DNA of 61,379 nucleotides, counting the filler, from Hausera hauseri (lineage: Eukaryota), in assembly GCA_046269625.1 (NCBI GenBank). It is 11 parts of 11 records of this genome, joined end to end, with 100 filler letters (N's around TTAATTAATTAA, not from the genome) between each part and the next. Parts side by side here need not be neighbours in the genome. Positions count along the whole stretch, not along the records: positions 1 to 4,095 come from JBJURY010765429.1; positions 4,196 to 14,098 come from JBJURY010268841.1; 9 more parts are not named here. One strand, given 5' to 3'. The position numbers and the translations under genes are program-made. The notes beneath the pieces are model-generated. The model had not been told where the DNA came from and searched no databases. It was given only the letters and a program-made list of their open reading frames with translations. This document shows, piece after piece, positions 1 to 13,497 of the stretch. The number at the start of each line of letters is the position of its first letter. Positions within the stretch are counted from its first letter, which is position 1.

Positions 1-867
1 GTGCCCACTTATATACCAATCTATCACGACTCTAAGTGTATACGCATTTGTTCATCCCTTTAATTCAATAAAAGACCAAGATAAAGTCTCTCCCACAGCT
101 GAGTTAACGGGAACTGAACAATTATTATCACAATATTTAAAGGAAATGAACTTTGTTAATAAAAATTTAGGAGATATTTTGCGTTTTCAACCATTTTTAC
201 AATTCTATCAAATTTAACTGTCAATGAAAAATGAAATATTATGTTGATTACTAAACAATTATGAAATCTCATCAGAAAATAATTGAAAATACTCAAAAAT
301 GATTTTGGAACAAAAATCAGTTCAAAAATGTTGATGAAAAGTTTATTGAGATTTTCAGTATTTACAGTTTCTCGTATTTTGACAGTTACATGAAAATATT
401 GAATGTTTTTGTCTGATATTTCATCCTACTTGTTAAGGCTTTCAAAATGTTAAAAAATAATTAAATACTAAACCAGAACCAAATTGTGGTAAAGTATATC
501 AAAATTAAGCATAAAACATCCAATAAAACCAAACATAACTTACATTTCAGTAAATAATTCCGTGATATTGCTGAATATGAATTCTAAAAACTAATTACAA
601 AAAACCGATTAAAGAAAGAATAAACAATCAAAAATATATAAAAATCAAAAACCTGGAAAATGCAGGTAGGCAACTATATGCCAAAGACTGTAGTATTCCG
701 AATTTGATCAAAATGTGTTTAACAGTAACGAATTATTCCTAGCTAGTCTATTTGCAATCTCATTTGCAACTTTACTTTTCTATTTAATTGGTTGAGTATG
801 TCCATAGAGTAAAGTTATTAGGTGTACCAAAATAGATTACGAAAAAGTAAATCGAAATTAAAATTAC

Positions 868-3800
868 CTGATGAAATTGTGGATATCATATGTCTGAGGT
901 AATTCGTAAATGATGAATTATCAAATGGAATAAACTGAAGGTAGATCAGATAGAATTGAAAACATAACAAAGTATTTACCGTTTTTGAAGTGGAAATAAC
1001 TGGATGTTCGGGAAAAACAGGCCCAACATTAAAACCAAATGTTGACCTTGTGGAGTTTGGATTAACTGTAGCCGTTGAAATTGATTGAGATAGTATATTT
1101 GAACTTGTCGAAGTACTCTGTTCAGAAGTACTTGTATCGGTTGATATTTCTGTTGAGATAGTGCTAGGAGAAGCTGTCACTGTAGTTGTGGATGTAGGAG
1201 ATGTTCTTTCTGGTGTGACGGTGACAGTAGGAGTACCTGTATCAATTTCCAAAGCAATCGATATTGGTGAAGTTGACACAATGCGACGTTTCGGAGAAAC
1301 AGGACCGACCTTGAATTCTGAAGCTGATGTTGTCATATTTGGTGTAATTATGATAGTAGAAGTTGTGCTAGGAGTAAATGTGGACATATGAGTGGTTGTT
1401 TCAGGCATGCTTGAAGTGCTAGAAGAAGTTTCTTCAGGGGTACTTGTTTCAGTTGAAATTTCGGTGGATGTTGTTGTTTCAGGTGATGTTGAAGTGGTAG
1501 ACGTACTTTCTTCAGAGGTACTTGATTGGGTTGAAACTTTGGTGAATGTCGTTGTTATATGTGATGTTGAGATGGCAGAAGTACTTTCTTCAGAGGTGCT
1601 TGTTTGGGTTGAAATTTCGGTGGATGTTGTTGTTTGAGGAGATGTTGAGGTGGTAGAAGTACTTTCTTCTGGAGTCCTTGTTCGGGTTGAAATTGTGGTG
1701 GATGTTGTTGTTTGAGGTGATGTTGAGGTGGTAGAAGAACTTTCTTTAGGAGTGCTGGTTTGGGTTGAAATGGTGGTGGATGTCGTTGTCTGAGGTGATG
1801 CTGAGGTGGTAGAAGTACTTTCTTCTGGAGTACTTGTTCGGGTTGAACTTGTTGTGGATGTCGTTGTTTGAGGTAATGTTGAGGTGATAGTAGTACTTTC
1901 TTCAGGAGTACTAGTTTGACTTGAAATTGTGGAGGATGTCGTTGTTTCAGGTGATGTTGTGGTGGTAGATGTAATTTCTTCAGGAGTACCTGTTTGGGTT
2001 GAAATTGATGTGGATGTCGTTGTTTGAGGTGATGTTGAGACGGTAGAAGTACCTTCTTCAGGGGTACTTTTTTGGGTCAAAATTGTCGTGGATCTCGTGA
2101 TTTGAGGTGATGTTTTGGTGGTAGAAGTACTTTCTTCAGGGGTAGTTGTTTGGGTTGAAATTGTGGAAGATGTCGTTGTTTGAGGTAATGTTGTGGTGGT
2201 AGAAGTACTTTCTTCAGGAGTACTTGTTTGGGTTGAAATTATCATGGATGTTGTAGTGTCAGGTGACGTTGAGGCAGTAGAAGTACTTTCTTCAGTAGTA
2301 CTTGTTTGGTTTGAACTTGTTGTGGATGTCGTTATTTGAGGTGATGTTGAGATGGCAGAAGTATATTCTTCAGGAGTACTAGTTTGGCTTGAAATTGTGG
2401 AGGATGTCGTTGTTTGAGGTGATGTTGAGGTGGTAGAAGAACTTTCTTCAGGAGTACTTGTTTGGTTTGAACTTGTGGTGTATGTTGTTGTTTGAGGTGA
2501 TGTTGAGATGCTAGAAGTACTTTCTTCAGGTATACTTGTTTCGGTTGGACTTGTGGTGGATGTCGTGATTTGAGTTGATGTTGTGGTGATAGTAGTACTT
2601 TCTTCAGGAGTACTTGTTTTGGTTGAAATTGTTATGGATGTTGTTGTTTCAGGTGATGTTGAGGTAGTAGAAGTACTTTCTTCAGGAGTACTTGTTTGGT
2701 TTGAACTTGTTGTGGATGTCGTTGTTTGAGGAGATGTGGAGGTGATAGTAGTACTTTGTTCAGGAGTACTAGTTTGGGTTGAAATTGTGGAGTATGCCGT
2801 TGTTTGAGATAATGTTGTGGTGGTAGAAATACTTTGTTCAGGTGTACTTGTTTCGGTTGAACTTGTGGTGGATGTCGTTGTTTCAGGTGATGTTGAGTTG
2901 GTAGAAGTACTTTCTTCACGTGTACTTGTTTCGGTTGAACTTGTGGTGGATGTCGTTGTTTGAGATGATGTTGAGGTTGTAGAAGTACTTTCTTCAGGAG
3001 TACTAGTTTGGCTTGAAATTATGGAGGATGTCGTTGTATGAGGTGATGTTGAGATGGTAGAAGTACTTTCTTCAGGTATACTTGTTTCGGTTGAACTTGT
3101 GGTGGATGTCGTTGTTTCATGTGATGTTGAGGTGGTAGAAGTACTTTCTTCAGGTATACTTGTTGCGGTTGAACTTGTGGTGGATGTCGTTGTTTCAAGT
3201 GATGTTGAGGTGGTAGAAGTGCTTTCTTCACGTGTACTTGTTTCGGTTGAACTTGTTGTGGATGTCGTTTTTTGAGGTGATATTGTGGTGATATAAGTAC
3301 TTTCTTCAGGAGTACTTGATTGGTTTGAAACTGTTATGGATGTTGTTGTTTCATGTGACGTTGAGGTAGTAGAAGTACTTTCTTCAGGAGTACTTGTTTG
3401 GTTTGAACTTGTTGTGGATGTCGTTGATTGAGGTGATGTGGAGGTGATATTAGTACTTTCTTCAGGAGTGCTTGTTTGGGTTGAAATTGTGGAGGATGTC
3501 GTTGTTTGAGGTGATGTTGTGGTGGTAGAAGTACTTTCTTCAGGTATACTTGTTTCGGTTGAACTTGTGGTGGATGTTGTTGTTTCAGGTGATGTTGACG
3601 TGGTAGAAGTACTTTCTTCAGGTGTACTTGTTTTGGTTGAAATTGTGGAAGATGTCGTTGTTTGAGGTGATGTTGTGGAAGTGGATGAATTTCCTTCAGG
3701 TGTACTTGCTTGGGATGAAATTGATGTGGATATCGTTGTTTGAGGTGATGTTGAAATGGTAGAAGTGCTTTCTTCAGGGGTACTTGTTTGCGTTGAAATG

Positions 3801-4095
3801 GTTGTGGATGTTGTTCTTTGACTTGATGCTGAGGTGGTAGAAGTACTTTCTTCAGGGGTACTTGTTTGGGTTGAAATTGTCGTGGATGTCGTTGTTTGAG
3901 GTGATGTTGAGGTGGTAGAAGTACTTTCTTCAGAAGTACTTGTTTGGGTTGAAATTATGGAGTATGCCGTTGTTTGAGTTGATGTTGTGGTGGTAGAAGT
4001 ACTTTCTTCAGGAGTACTTGTTTGCTTTGAACTTGTTGTGGATGTTGTTGTTTGAGGTGATGTTGAGGTTGTAGAAATACTTTTTTCAGGAGTGC
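868..4095 (-). CDS. Mucin-like Ser/Thr-rich protein: large repeat exon running off the contig end, followed by small 3' exons
   Basis: ORF 818..2245 (T/S/P/E/Q-rich) stays open upstream of its first Met in the part checked, and the repeat continues to 4095. A 45-nt GT..AG intron lies at 935..979 and a further donor at 867, so the ORF tail is intronic read-through. Confidence 0.8.
1400..4095 (-). repeat. Coding tandem repeat, 78-bp unit (26 aa, consensus TSTPEESTSTTSTSPQTTTSTTISTQ), about 34 imperfect copies
   Basis: The anchor motif ACTTTCTTCAGG recurs every 78 nt, e.g. near 1430, 1508 and 1586. Confidence 0.9.
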
Positions 4096-4195
4096 NNNNN
4101 NNNNNNNNNNNNNNNNNNNNNNNNNNNNNNNNNNNNNNNTTAATTAATTAANNNNNNNNNNNNNNNNNNNNNNNNNNNNNNNNNNNNNNNNNNNN
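4096..4195. other. Artificial contig spacer N44-TTAATTAATTAA-N44; also at 14099-14198, 18661-18760, 23294-23393, 28542-28641, 33520-33619, 40046-40145, 45458-45557, 49913-50012, 56606-56705
   Basis: Identical 100-bp spacer with stop codons in all six frames, occurring 10 times. Confidence 0.99.
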
Positions 4196-4261
4196 AATTA
4201 ATTTATATATTTGAAATCAGATCTATTCTTAGAAGTAAACTACCGTCCGTTGTTAGATATA

Positions 4262-4810
4262 CAGTGGTGGCAAAAAGTTTGTTGAATTAGCAAATATTTG
4301 TAATTATTACAAGATATACTTAGATATCTCATCAAGCATAATATAAAAGTTTTGACTGTTATAAAACATTTATTACATACAAGTCCAACGTTTACCAAAT
4401 AATCCAATCAATATTTCATTGTACCACCTCGAGCGTTAATCAGATGTTCGATTTGTTTGGGCAGTGATTTGTATAGATTTTGAACTTCTTCGAGTGAAAT
4501 AACATGATTCCAGCATTTAATAATACTTTTATTAGTTGTTGTTTGGTGGCAGGTTGCTCCTTAAACACAAGGCACTTCAATTTATACCAAAGGTTTTCAA
4601 TTATATTGATATCAGGAGATTGGGCAGGCCAATCGAGCCTCGTGATGCCCCTCTCCTGAATCCAATGTTGAACAAGACGTGCACTGTGACAAGGAGCATT
4701 GTCATCTTGCAGAATAAAACGGTTCATGTTTTTATCTCTGTTATTATCCAAGCAATCGATCATTTAGGATATTAATGTAAGACTGACTGGTTAAGTTTCC
4801 CTGAAGATTT
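4262..4810 (-). mobile_element. Tc1-like (DD34E) transposon, 3' part with one TIR
   Basis: TA|CAGTGGTGGCAAAAAGTTT end at 4262. Translation ILQDDNAPCH...WPAQSPDINIIENLW, frameshifted near the C-terminus. The 5' half is replaced by unrelated sequence. Confidence 0.85.
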
Positions 4811-4929
4811 ATCATGTACTTTATATATATTATCCGTGACCTCACTACTTTTGAGTCTTCTAATCTTATCTTTATACACCGGCCCTTGTATATTCATACG
4901 TTGAAACACTATTTTAACGTTAACCTTAG

Positions 4930-6333
4930 TTATTTTCTTATCCCGTTCCCTGTTCTTACTGTTTCGACACCTGACCCAGACCTCGTAAAGTACAATTTAC
5001 AACCCCTATTAAATTCTCCAACATTTTTCATAATTATGCAATAATATAAAAATACATCTATTTTATACGTAGAAAAAACATCTAAGTTAATTTTCGCACC
5101 ATACCTAGCCATTTTTAACGGAGTGCTCCTCTCCGGGGGATTCTCTCCACCATTGATTTTGTGGCTCCAAACATACATACTGATTTTATCAGGCATACAT
5201 CCATACATACACACAACACAATCCCTGGCAGTATCCATCAAACCAAAAAGACAACAATAACCAATAATGTTACTATTTACACAACACTCAAATACCTTCA
5301 ACGTTCCTGGAATGATTAAATGTTTCTCCTTCTCTTGCATGTCACCAACGTAATCACGGATCGGAACACCGCTCACAAGAACATTGAATTTTGGATCAGT
5401 GTTTCCCAATAATTCTCGTAATTTATTTTCCACTTTCTTCAAGCAATTTTCGGCTTGTTTCTTTTCTTTCTCGACTTTCAACAGAATTTCACCGCGGTTC
5501 TTTAGTATGATAGGATCTTTCATTTGTCTACTGAGTTCAGCTAATTTCTCGACTGTTTGTTCATACTCCTTTACTTCAGCCATCAGTAGAGATAAATTCA
5601 TTTCCAGATACATGAGCTCGCGATTTTTTTCTTCTAACAAACCAAGGAACGTTTCAGCTTTCTCAGTGGAATTTAACCGGCTTTTATATGGATCTTTATC
5701 AACGGTATGAGACAGATAATTCGTCATCAATGCTTTACGCATTTTTCGTTGCTGCTCGTCAATAAGCACTCGCATTTTCTTTTGATAAACATCTTCCATT
5801 TTGTCTAATATTTCTTGAATCGCTTTAATAGTTTTAGACCCATATTCCGATTGCAAATCCGATATATCGTAAAGGGAACAATCGTCAAAAATCGACTTGC
5901 TAGTTAATGTTTCAAAACGTCGTCGTAATCGTTTCAATTCTCGCTTATTTTCATACATTTGTTCTTCCAGTAATTTGATATTACTGTCACAGTTTTGCAA
6001 AACTTTAACGGACAACTGAACAATTATACGATTTGAATCTTCAATAATAACATCAACAAATCCATTGTCGGAAACCTGGATTTCTAATTGAAAATAATTC
6101 TGTAATTATTTTTGTAAATAAGACGATTGGGACATTTTAAATCGTCTATGTTTCTGAAGCCTTTTTCTCTTGTTCTTCAATATCTGCCCAAGGGAGATTT
6201 GGTATGCGTAATCTCCAAAACTTTGTCTTTTGATAGAGACATAAATCTCTTGGTTGCGTTTATTATAACGCACAAAATAATTTTCTTTTTGATACTGGTG
6301 CATCCAAACTTTCTGAACGCACTTATAAGGCAT
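4930..6333 (-). pseudogene. Intronless coiled-coil ORF of unknown function (~467 codons) broken by one TAA
   Basis: ORFs 6106..6333 and 4930..6015 are in the same frame and the codons between them are open (LQNYFQLEIQVSDNGFVDVIIED...). No family recognised. Confidence 0.45.
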
Positions 6334-6772
6334 TTCAAAATTTTTTCATCAATAATTATTGAACATTATTCCCTTTCATTTATTGCCATATATTTATCTA
6401 TATATTTTATTTATATACACACACCAACAAAATCGAGCCACCACCATCAAAGGCATAAATATTCGTATAAATATTCGTCATATTTATAAACGTGAAGGCA
6501 AACGAATGTCGAACATGAGAAAGAGCGAATTCTAAACGGCTTCTTCGCATGTTTTTCAACGGAATAGAATATGGCGTAATGCTACCAACGGACGACTCGT
6601 TAACACTGTAGAATGCCTTCACTTTCTCTAATTCAACTTTAAACTCATTTTCCGATTCCAATTCCCGTTCCTTGTCAAAAATACATCGAAAATTAATGAT
6701 AATAGTGATATTCCAAATGTAATATTTGAAAACAAATAACAATATTTTCTAAGTAAAGAGGGGAAATTTTAT

Positions 6773-8082
6773 TCACACGACAGAATTTGCAATGGTTGTT
6801 GAAGTATCGGCACATTTATTTTGATTTCTCTCATGTTTCAACGAAATTTTCGTCGGCTTCCTGTTGGATTTCTTAATAGATCGCAACGGTGACCGCAAAT
6901 GTCTACGCATACATCGTCTTGACATGGAATGGGGTGGGTGTAATTTCGATGATTTCGTTGTCAAATAGTCGATAATCCGAATGGACGATATTCGTGATGG
7001 ACTTTTATTAATATGGTTCAAAACGTCAATGGCCTTGTCAACACCAGTCAGAAATGCCCCATGGGAACATTGCTGAGCACCTTTACTATCGACCGTCCCT
7101 TCCCCGCAAAATAACAATCTGGAATTTGACGATGTTGGTAAACTAGATGCATAGGCATTACGATCTTCATCAGATGTTGTTATAATTCCACTCGTGTAAC
7201 TTCCTAATGAAAATGGATCTTCCGACCATCTCGTTACGACAAAATTAATGGGTTTGGGAAACGGTTTTCCGTTTAACTCTTTGAAATACATGCCATTCAA
7301 ATATTCAATAAATCATTAATAACATCCTCGTCATTTCTCCCCGTAATTGACAGTCCAGACCCAGCCCAAACGTAGGCAACTAACACACCTTGTTTTCCAT
7401 AAAAGTCAAGATTTAAAATGTGTAAACGAGTATCGGGGCATTCCAAATGTGGATAATTGCGTTCCCAGAAAATATCGGCTTTGAGAAAATGCAAAATGAC
7501 CTTATTATGAGTTTCGACTCCAGGTTTCGATATTCCCAAATTATTAATAGCCTTCCGTTTATTTAACGGCAAAGGCGGAATAAAATTGACGGCACTTGTA
7601 GAGTCCAAATTCTTCAACACACCAACAGGAAGTGAAACTATACAATATTTGGCTTCCAAACGTCTGCCGCTGTGCAGAGTAACTTTAATGTTTCCTTTGT
7701 GACCCGTTGATTTTAATTTCACTTGGGACCAACCAATTTTCTTGACAATCGAACAATACGATACATTCAGATCTTCAACAAGGAATTGAATAAATTTCGA
7801 AAATCCATCAATGACCAAACGGTCTTCCCAATAATTGGTTGGGCGACTGACTACGCTGATCTGCGGTCCTTTGTTCTTCAAATATTCGATTTTGTTTTGA
7901 AAATATTTATGATATGAAAATTGCAAACACGTAAAATTCTCCATGGACTTTTTGTAATAGGCCCGTTGGGAATAATCATTAATCTCCAAATTGTACATCG
8001 ATGGAAAATTGTCAATGGGATTGATGTAATATAAATAACGACAAAGTAAGGAGTCGAATATTCCCCGTTCTCTACAAGACAA
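6773..8082 (-). CDS. Flavin amine oxidase (polyamine oxidase/LSD1-type), C-terminal half, one frameshift near 7298
   Basis: Motifs CIVSLPVGVLK, FIPPLPLNKRKAINNLG, NKVILHF...FW, VTRWSEDPFSLGSY, LLFCGEGT, HGAFLTG. Adding one T in ATTTGAAT restores ILNGMY. Confidence 0.8.
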
Positions 8083-8885
8083 AAAATGGGAAAGCCCGTT
8101 GGTTACTTTTAAACATCATTTCCAAAATATTCAGGAGGCATTTCCTGCAAACATTGTGAAAACATTGACGCAATCTAACGCCCATTTCTTTGTTAATAAT
8201 TACCAAACACATAAAACATTCAAAAATCGCGTCACTTGGAAAAATGTCCATTGAGCAAAATTGCGATATTTCTTCTCTTCGGCGATTCTTTTCTATTAAA
8301 TTAAAAACCGACTGAGCCCTCATCATTTCTACCTGAAAGGTGAAATTAAAAAACAAATGGAAATTGACGATTTTTCCCGTCCACAATCGAGATCCAATTG
8401 AAATTCGTCACAAGTCATGAATCGATGGCATGAATTACAGAAAATGCAGTTGTACAATGAACAATTCGGACAGGCGTACTGGATATTCGGACTGTCGTAT
8501 TCCATAATACAACTGCAATTTGGCATAAGACACTTAAACATTCCCGACAAATTTGCAATTAATAAACTCTCATATTTTTCAACGTCATCATTTCTGATAA
8601 CCTACATTTCTGTCAATCAACGAACATCAGATAATGATTACTTTTCTGATTTCATAGTCTTTGATATTTATATGACAATTATTCACTGGGCACGATATAC
8701 GATTGTCAAGATGGTGGTGTATAAAATTATCCAAACAAAGACTGAAATTGAATAAAGGATAAATAAGTTGAAAAGAAAGTATTGACTCACAGACAAACAG
8801 AATGTGAACAACTTAATTTGATTATTTCCATCGAATCCCCTTCACGTTGGCATAATAAACAAATACTTTGTAATTCATAATCCAT
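8072..8885 (-). CDS. RING1-IBR-RING protein resembling RBCK1/HOIL-1-type RBR E3 ligases, with 3 short introns
   Basis: Spliced translation MDYELQSICLLCQ...SCSHSVCL|LCLDNF...SCPVNNC...EIRK|VIRNDD...CLMPNC...CPNC...CIFCNSCH...C, then FECFMC...CFHNVCRKC. GT-AG introns at about 8743-8790, 8602-8641 and 8334-8369. Confidence 0.75.
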
Positions 8886-11652
8886 AAATTTTACTGAAAA
8901 TCACAAGTTCTGAATAATTAAACCAAAGTTACCATACAAACGTTACTACATATCATATGATATTTGTTTGGATTCTTAACTAAGGTATTGTTTATTGGTT
9001 AAATCGGACAATAGGTTTTATTAAAAACAAAAATGAAAAACAAAAAAAAAATAGACAGAACTGCACAGACTATTTCGTAGACAAAATATTCTTTTTTAAT
9101 ATCACATTTCTGACCTAAAAAATCATCGTTGTATGTAAATCACGGATTGATTATTTATATTTTTCTGCAAAATTGGATACCTTATACATTGTTAATTTGG
9201 TCACTTAAATTTTCAAATGCTCCATTGAATATAATAAGTAGAATAATTACTAAATTTTGTATATAATGAATTTAGTTATTGTCTGAAAAAATAATGAAAG
9301 TTTCATAATATTTATAAAACTAATAAATTGTCTTAATCTGAGATATTGTAAAAATATGAAATTCACACATGCACATCATTTTATAATAATTTGTCTTAAA
9401 ACTGGATCAAAGTACTATTGTCAGAAAATTACCTATTTAATTGACCCAGAAATTGTTTGTATGTAGTGTAATGATTAATGTATGCATTAGAATTTAAAAT
9501 GTCAAATTATTATATATAGTATAGTCTATAGTGTAAATCGTAAGTTAAATAACTAAATAATTATTTATAATAATAACAATATTAAGAGAAATATGTCATG
9601 ATGTAACCATATACCAAACCGTAAGTATCAGTTTTTGTTAGACATTTCCTGGCATTACAAAGAATTACATTATTAAATTACTTAGGCCATGTTCAAAATG
9701 TATAAAAGGACTTCAAAAGTGCTTTTGCTATCTATACAATAGAACATAAAAATGCCATACTAGTAAGGGTGTAATGTATTTTTAAATAATTTTGTGTAAA
9801 CGTTTATGAAAATAGGATTTCACACCTTAATGTGGTCCTGTGGCTAAACATTATGTCGAACTAAACCCATGAAGTTCATTTAATTAACTATGTGAGGAAT
9901 CATATTATTGCCTAACTAAACATGTTATAAACTAAAATACGAATTGTTGAGTTTTAATTTTAATTATTATACTGCCATGCTTACATAAAATTCACATTAA
10001 TAAAAAATTACATACAGTTCTTAGCATTACGCGAACTTATTAGCCAAACTATGTACACAATTCTTTTGTATATAATTTTGTACATAACGCATCTTTAGAA
10101 GGAGATTAAATATTTTGCGAATGTACAAAAATTCCTACTTTCAGTTGACTAAAATTTAAATTTCCGCGGCAACAAACACAATTAAGTCGAAATAACAAAT
10201 ACGAATAAAAACAAATTAATGTATGTCGCTTTTTCGGTGTATCATTGGGTGAATATTGGTTTCATAAAACGGTATGTTAAATAATTTAATTTACCTTATT
10301 TAGATAATAAATAAAGAGGTTTCATAAAAATGTAAATGATATAAATATTATTGTTATCTTGACTTTGTTTGGTGATCCCAAGTTACTTAAAGGCGCTGTG
10401 AAATTCTGCATGAAAATTCAATTTGTGTTTGTAAAATGCTTTTCATATGGTACTTGAGAACCAGTGATTCGGTCAATATATTCCCCTTCGTCTCTTCCTT
10501 AATTTAGATAGGCAGCCTTTTCTACAAATAAACTTTCTTAACAAATTAGTAATACGCGATTTCTGTTTTCTTTCAAATAATTAATATTTGAATAAAACTT
10601 GATTTCCAAACCATATAGTATCATTTTCTGTACTTTTGAATGAAATTGAAAAATGTTTCTAAATTATTTTTTGTGGTAAATAGTAAGTAATTAAATATTT
10701 TGTCAACATAAATGCAAATTAACGTATAAACAGAACATTTGATTTCATCTGATTTCGTTTCAATTTTGTAACCTGATTTGAACAATTTGCTTAGACGAAA
10801 TATAATTTCGTCACGTTTTATTAATTCATGTGTAAATTACATTTTATTTAATCGTAATATTACATGCTTACAAACTGATATATGTGACTTCTTGAACCCA
10901 AGGAACAAATAATAACGTTTGTTGTTGTTACATTGATTTATTATTGCAACTGTTACGATATTACTTTAAGTTGTTATTTTATTGTTTTCCATCTCTATAT
11001 CTTGATTATTTGGTTCATTCATTTTGATTAAACATTTTTCTTTGACTTTATATCCTTGTTTGTTAAAGTAATAGTAAACTATTTAAATTTTACGAGTTTT
11101 TGTTTGAACAAAAGCACAAATAATGTATTTAAAGTATTGTATATTGATTCTGTGTAAAAATCATTGCAACTTTCCGTTTATTATAATACACAAATATGCT
11201 GAAATCGTCAAAGTTACAACAGATAATCGAAAATTATGGATTCATAATAATAATGACTACATGGATATTTATTAAGCTAAAAAATATTTCAAAAATCAAA
11301 CGTTTCATAATCCATGTACAATACTGTAGAATACGATCCGTATCACAAAGTCTTACATCCATCAATTAATAATGTATATCGAAATATACAAAAAGAAAAT
11401 CAACTAAATTCAAAACAACAGGCGATCTCCATTCAACAATCAAACTAAACTAGACCATCTAAAAGTCATTCGACACGAAAATCCACGAGGTAATAAAATA
11501 ATCGTAAATAACACAGAACAAATAATAAAACGATACAAAAAAATGTTTCTTTATGAAATTAACAGAAAACATTTCATAAGTCAAAAAATATAATTATTAT
11601 TATGCTACTAGTCATTACATCTTTCTCTACATTTTGTTCGCTATTCGATATT

Positions 11653-12575
11653 TCAGCTGGCTGACTGTTTGCCCATTTTGATGCCGGATACCTAAACAAA
11701 AGAATATTTCAGAGATAAAAATTATTCGGGCAAACTTCGATTAATCGATATAAATGAAATTTCGAAAACTGTCTCAAAAATCACATTTTCGACATTTCGT
11801 TTACATAAATTAAAAAAATTCGTATTTATTTAACAATATCGCACACCATTGTATTGCAAAATGCACGTTGATATGGCAATATAAATTGTAAATATAATTC
11901 TTGTCCAAACGTATCGAAACACAACAATAAAGAAATGAAAGTCTCATACCTGCAAAATACCAACAATCACCCCGAAAAGTCCGATTGCACTTCCAAATAT
12001 TTCCACAATTAAAATCTTGACAAACAATGTCGAATCAGCAGCATCGGCCAGAGCAGCACCGGATCCGACAATTCCAACGCAAATACCGCAGACAAGATTA
12101 CTCAAACCGACTGTTAATCCGGAACCAAACATAGCGTATGCGGCTTTGTAACTTTCTTGCAGAACTTCCCTCGAGACAGTATCGGGAATAAATTCCTTGA
12201 TATTTTGCGAAATAACAATCGCCATAATGATTCCATAAATAGCAACCGCTTCACAAAAATAATGCTAACAAGATTCTTTGTTCTTATTCTTGGAGCTTTT
12301 ACTCCAGCTCCTAAAATACTAACACCAGTAGTATAAATTCCACTAAATAGTTCCTATAAATATTTTCATTTATATGCAAAACCAAACCTAGCAGCTCCCA
12401 ATACTGACAAAGAAATACATAATCCAACTCCAGAATAGGCCCATAAATATGGCGATGTGCTTTGAAGAAACCAACCAAAATCAACTCGATAACCCTGATC
12501 ACTTAGACAGTAATACAATCCTTAAAAACATTTCAGAACAAAAAATGCATGAAACAGTCAAAAATACATTGCCAT
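11653..12575 (-). CDS. ATP6V0B: V-type proton ATPase 21 kDa proteolipid subunit c''
   Basis: Exons 12520-12388 ([31 protein letters not shown]), 12342-11950 ([25 protein letters not shown]...[26 protein letters not shown]) and 11691-11653 ([12 protein letters not shown]). One base is missing in the A5 run at 12255-12259. The first exon is uncertain. Confidence 0.93.
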
Positions 12576-13497
12576 CGTTGTCAAATTCTTCTGATGGCTT
12601 GTCTAAATAAAAAAACCCATTTAAAAATTCATTGAGATAATTACTATTAAAGTTCTACGTATTGATTACCAGTCTGACCTCAACAAATGTGCTGTTATTG
12701 AAATTCGCACACTGAGTGTGGATTCATAGAGCTTTACAACTCACAGTGCACTGAAACAGTAGAATAAATAGACACACAAATTATCTCTCAAACATTCACA
12801 ATCGACCCAACTTATTATGAAAAACTATCAGGCCCGATAACTAGCCACTTAGCTCCGTGTGTGCATATTGACCCAAACTATCTGTGTAAACTGTTGGTGA
12901 GTAAACGGCTCACTAAATAACACGCACACAGTCAAACAAACCCAATTTAGGAAAATAGCTAAAACGAAGATTAAATTTTACTCATCTTCACATTTTTGAA
13001 CTCTTGAAAAATCCGAATGAAATTCTGTGAAGTTGATTTTTTGTATATTGAACGTTTTTATCATTGTTTTAAAATTTTCATAAATAATTTATAGACAAAT
13101 AGATTTTACCACTTAGGACAACTTTTCCACGACTAAGTGCAATTTCAAATCATGTTAAAATTATTTTAAAAGTATTGCTAATAGTACATATGTAAACTAT
13201 AGCCTGCTCGATTTTGGAAATTGTTCCTTTCTAATTAGTAGAAATTTTGAAAAGGAAAATTGGTTAGAGAAAATAATAAAATTTCGAAGCAGTGGAATAA
13301 ATTCAGAAATTATTTTTGTGGCTTTTTGATTGATAAGTTATACAGATTTTGATGTTTTACAGATTGACAACAAACATACTTCGCAATACAACTTTTCTAG
13401 ATCTATTTTTTTACGTAGATTACGCATTTCAAGTCAATTTTTCCCAAACGAGTGTAGCTTTTCTTATATCAATAAGATGATAGGATTGACACATATA

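Noticed and set aside
1161-3275. Val-rich plus-strand ORFs and HHLKQRH minus-strand ORFs
   Set aside because: Alternative-frame shadows of the 78-bp mucin repeat.
1400-4095. CRISPR-like periodicity
   Set aside because: Whole units are repeated with no unique spacers; it is a eukaryotic coding repeat.
4096-4195. Regularly recurring TTAATTAATTAA within N runs
   Set aside because: Artificial joiner. Adjacency across it carries no biological meaning, and the ORFs ending XXXLIN are artefacts.
9000-11000. Possible small exons in the AT-rich stretch
   Set aside because: No consistent spliced reading frame or family could be assembled by eye.
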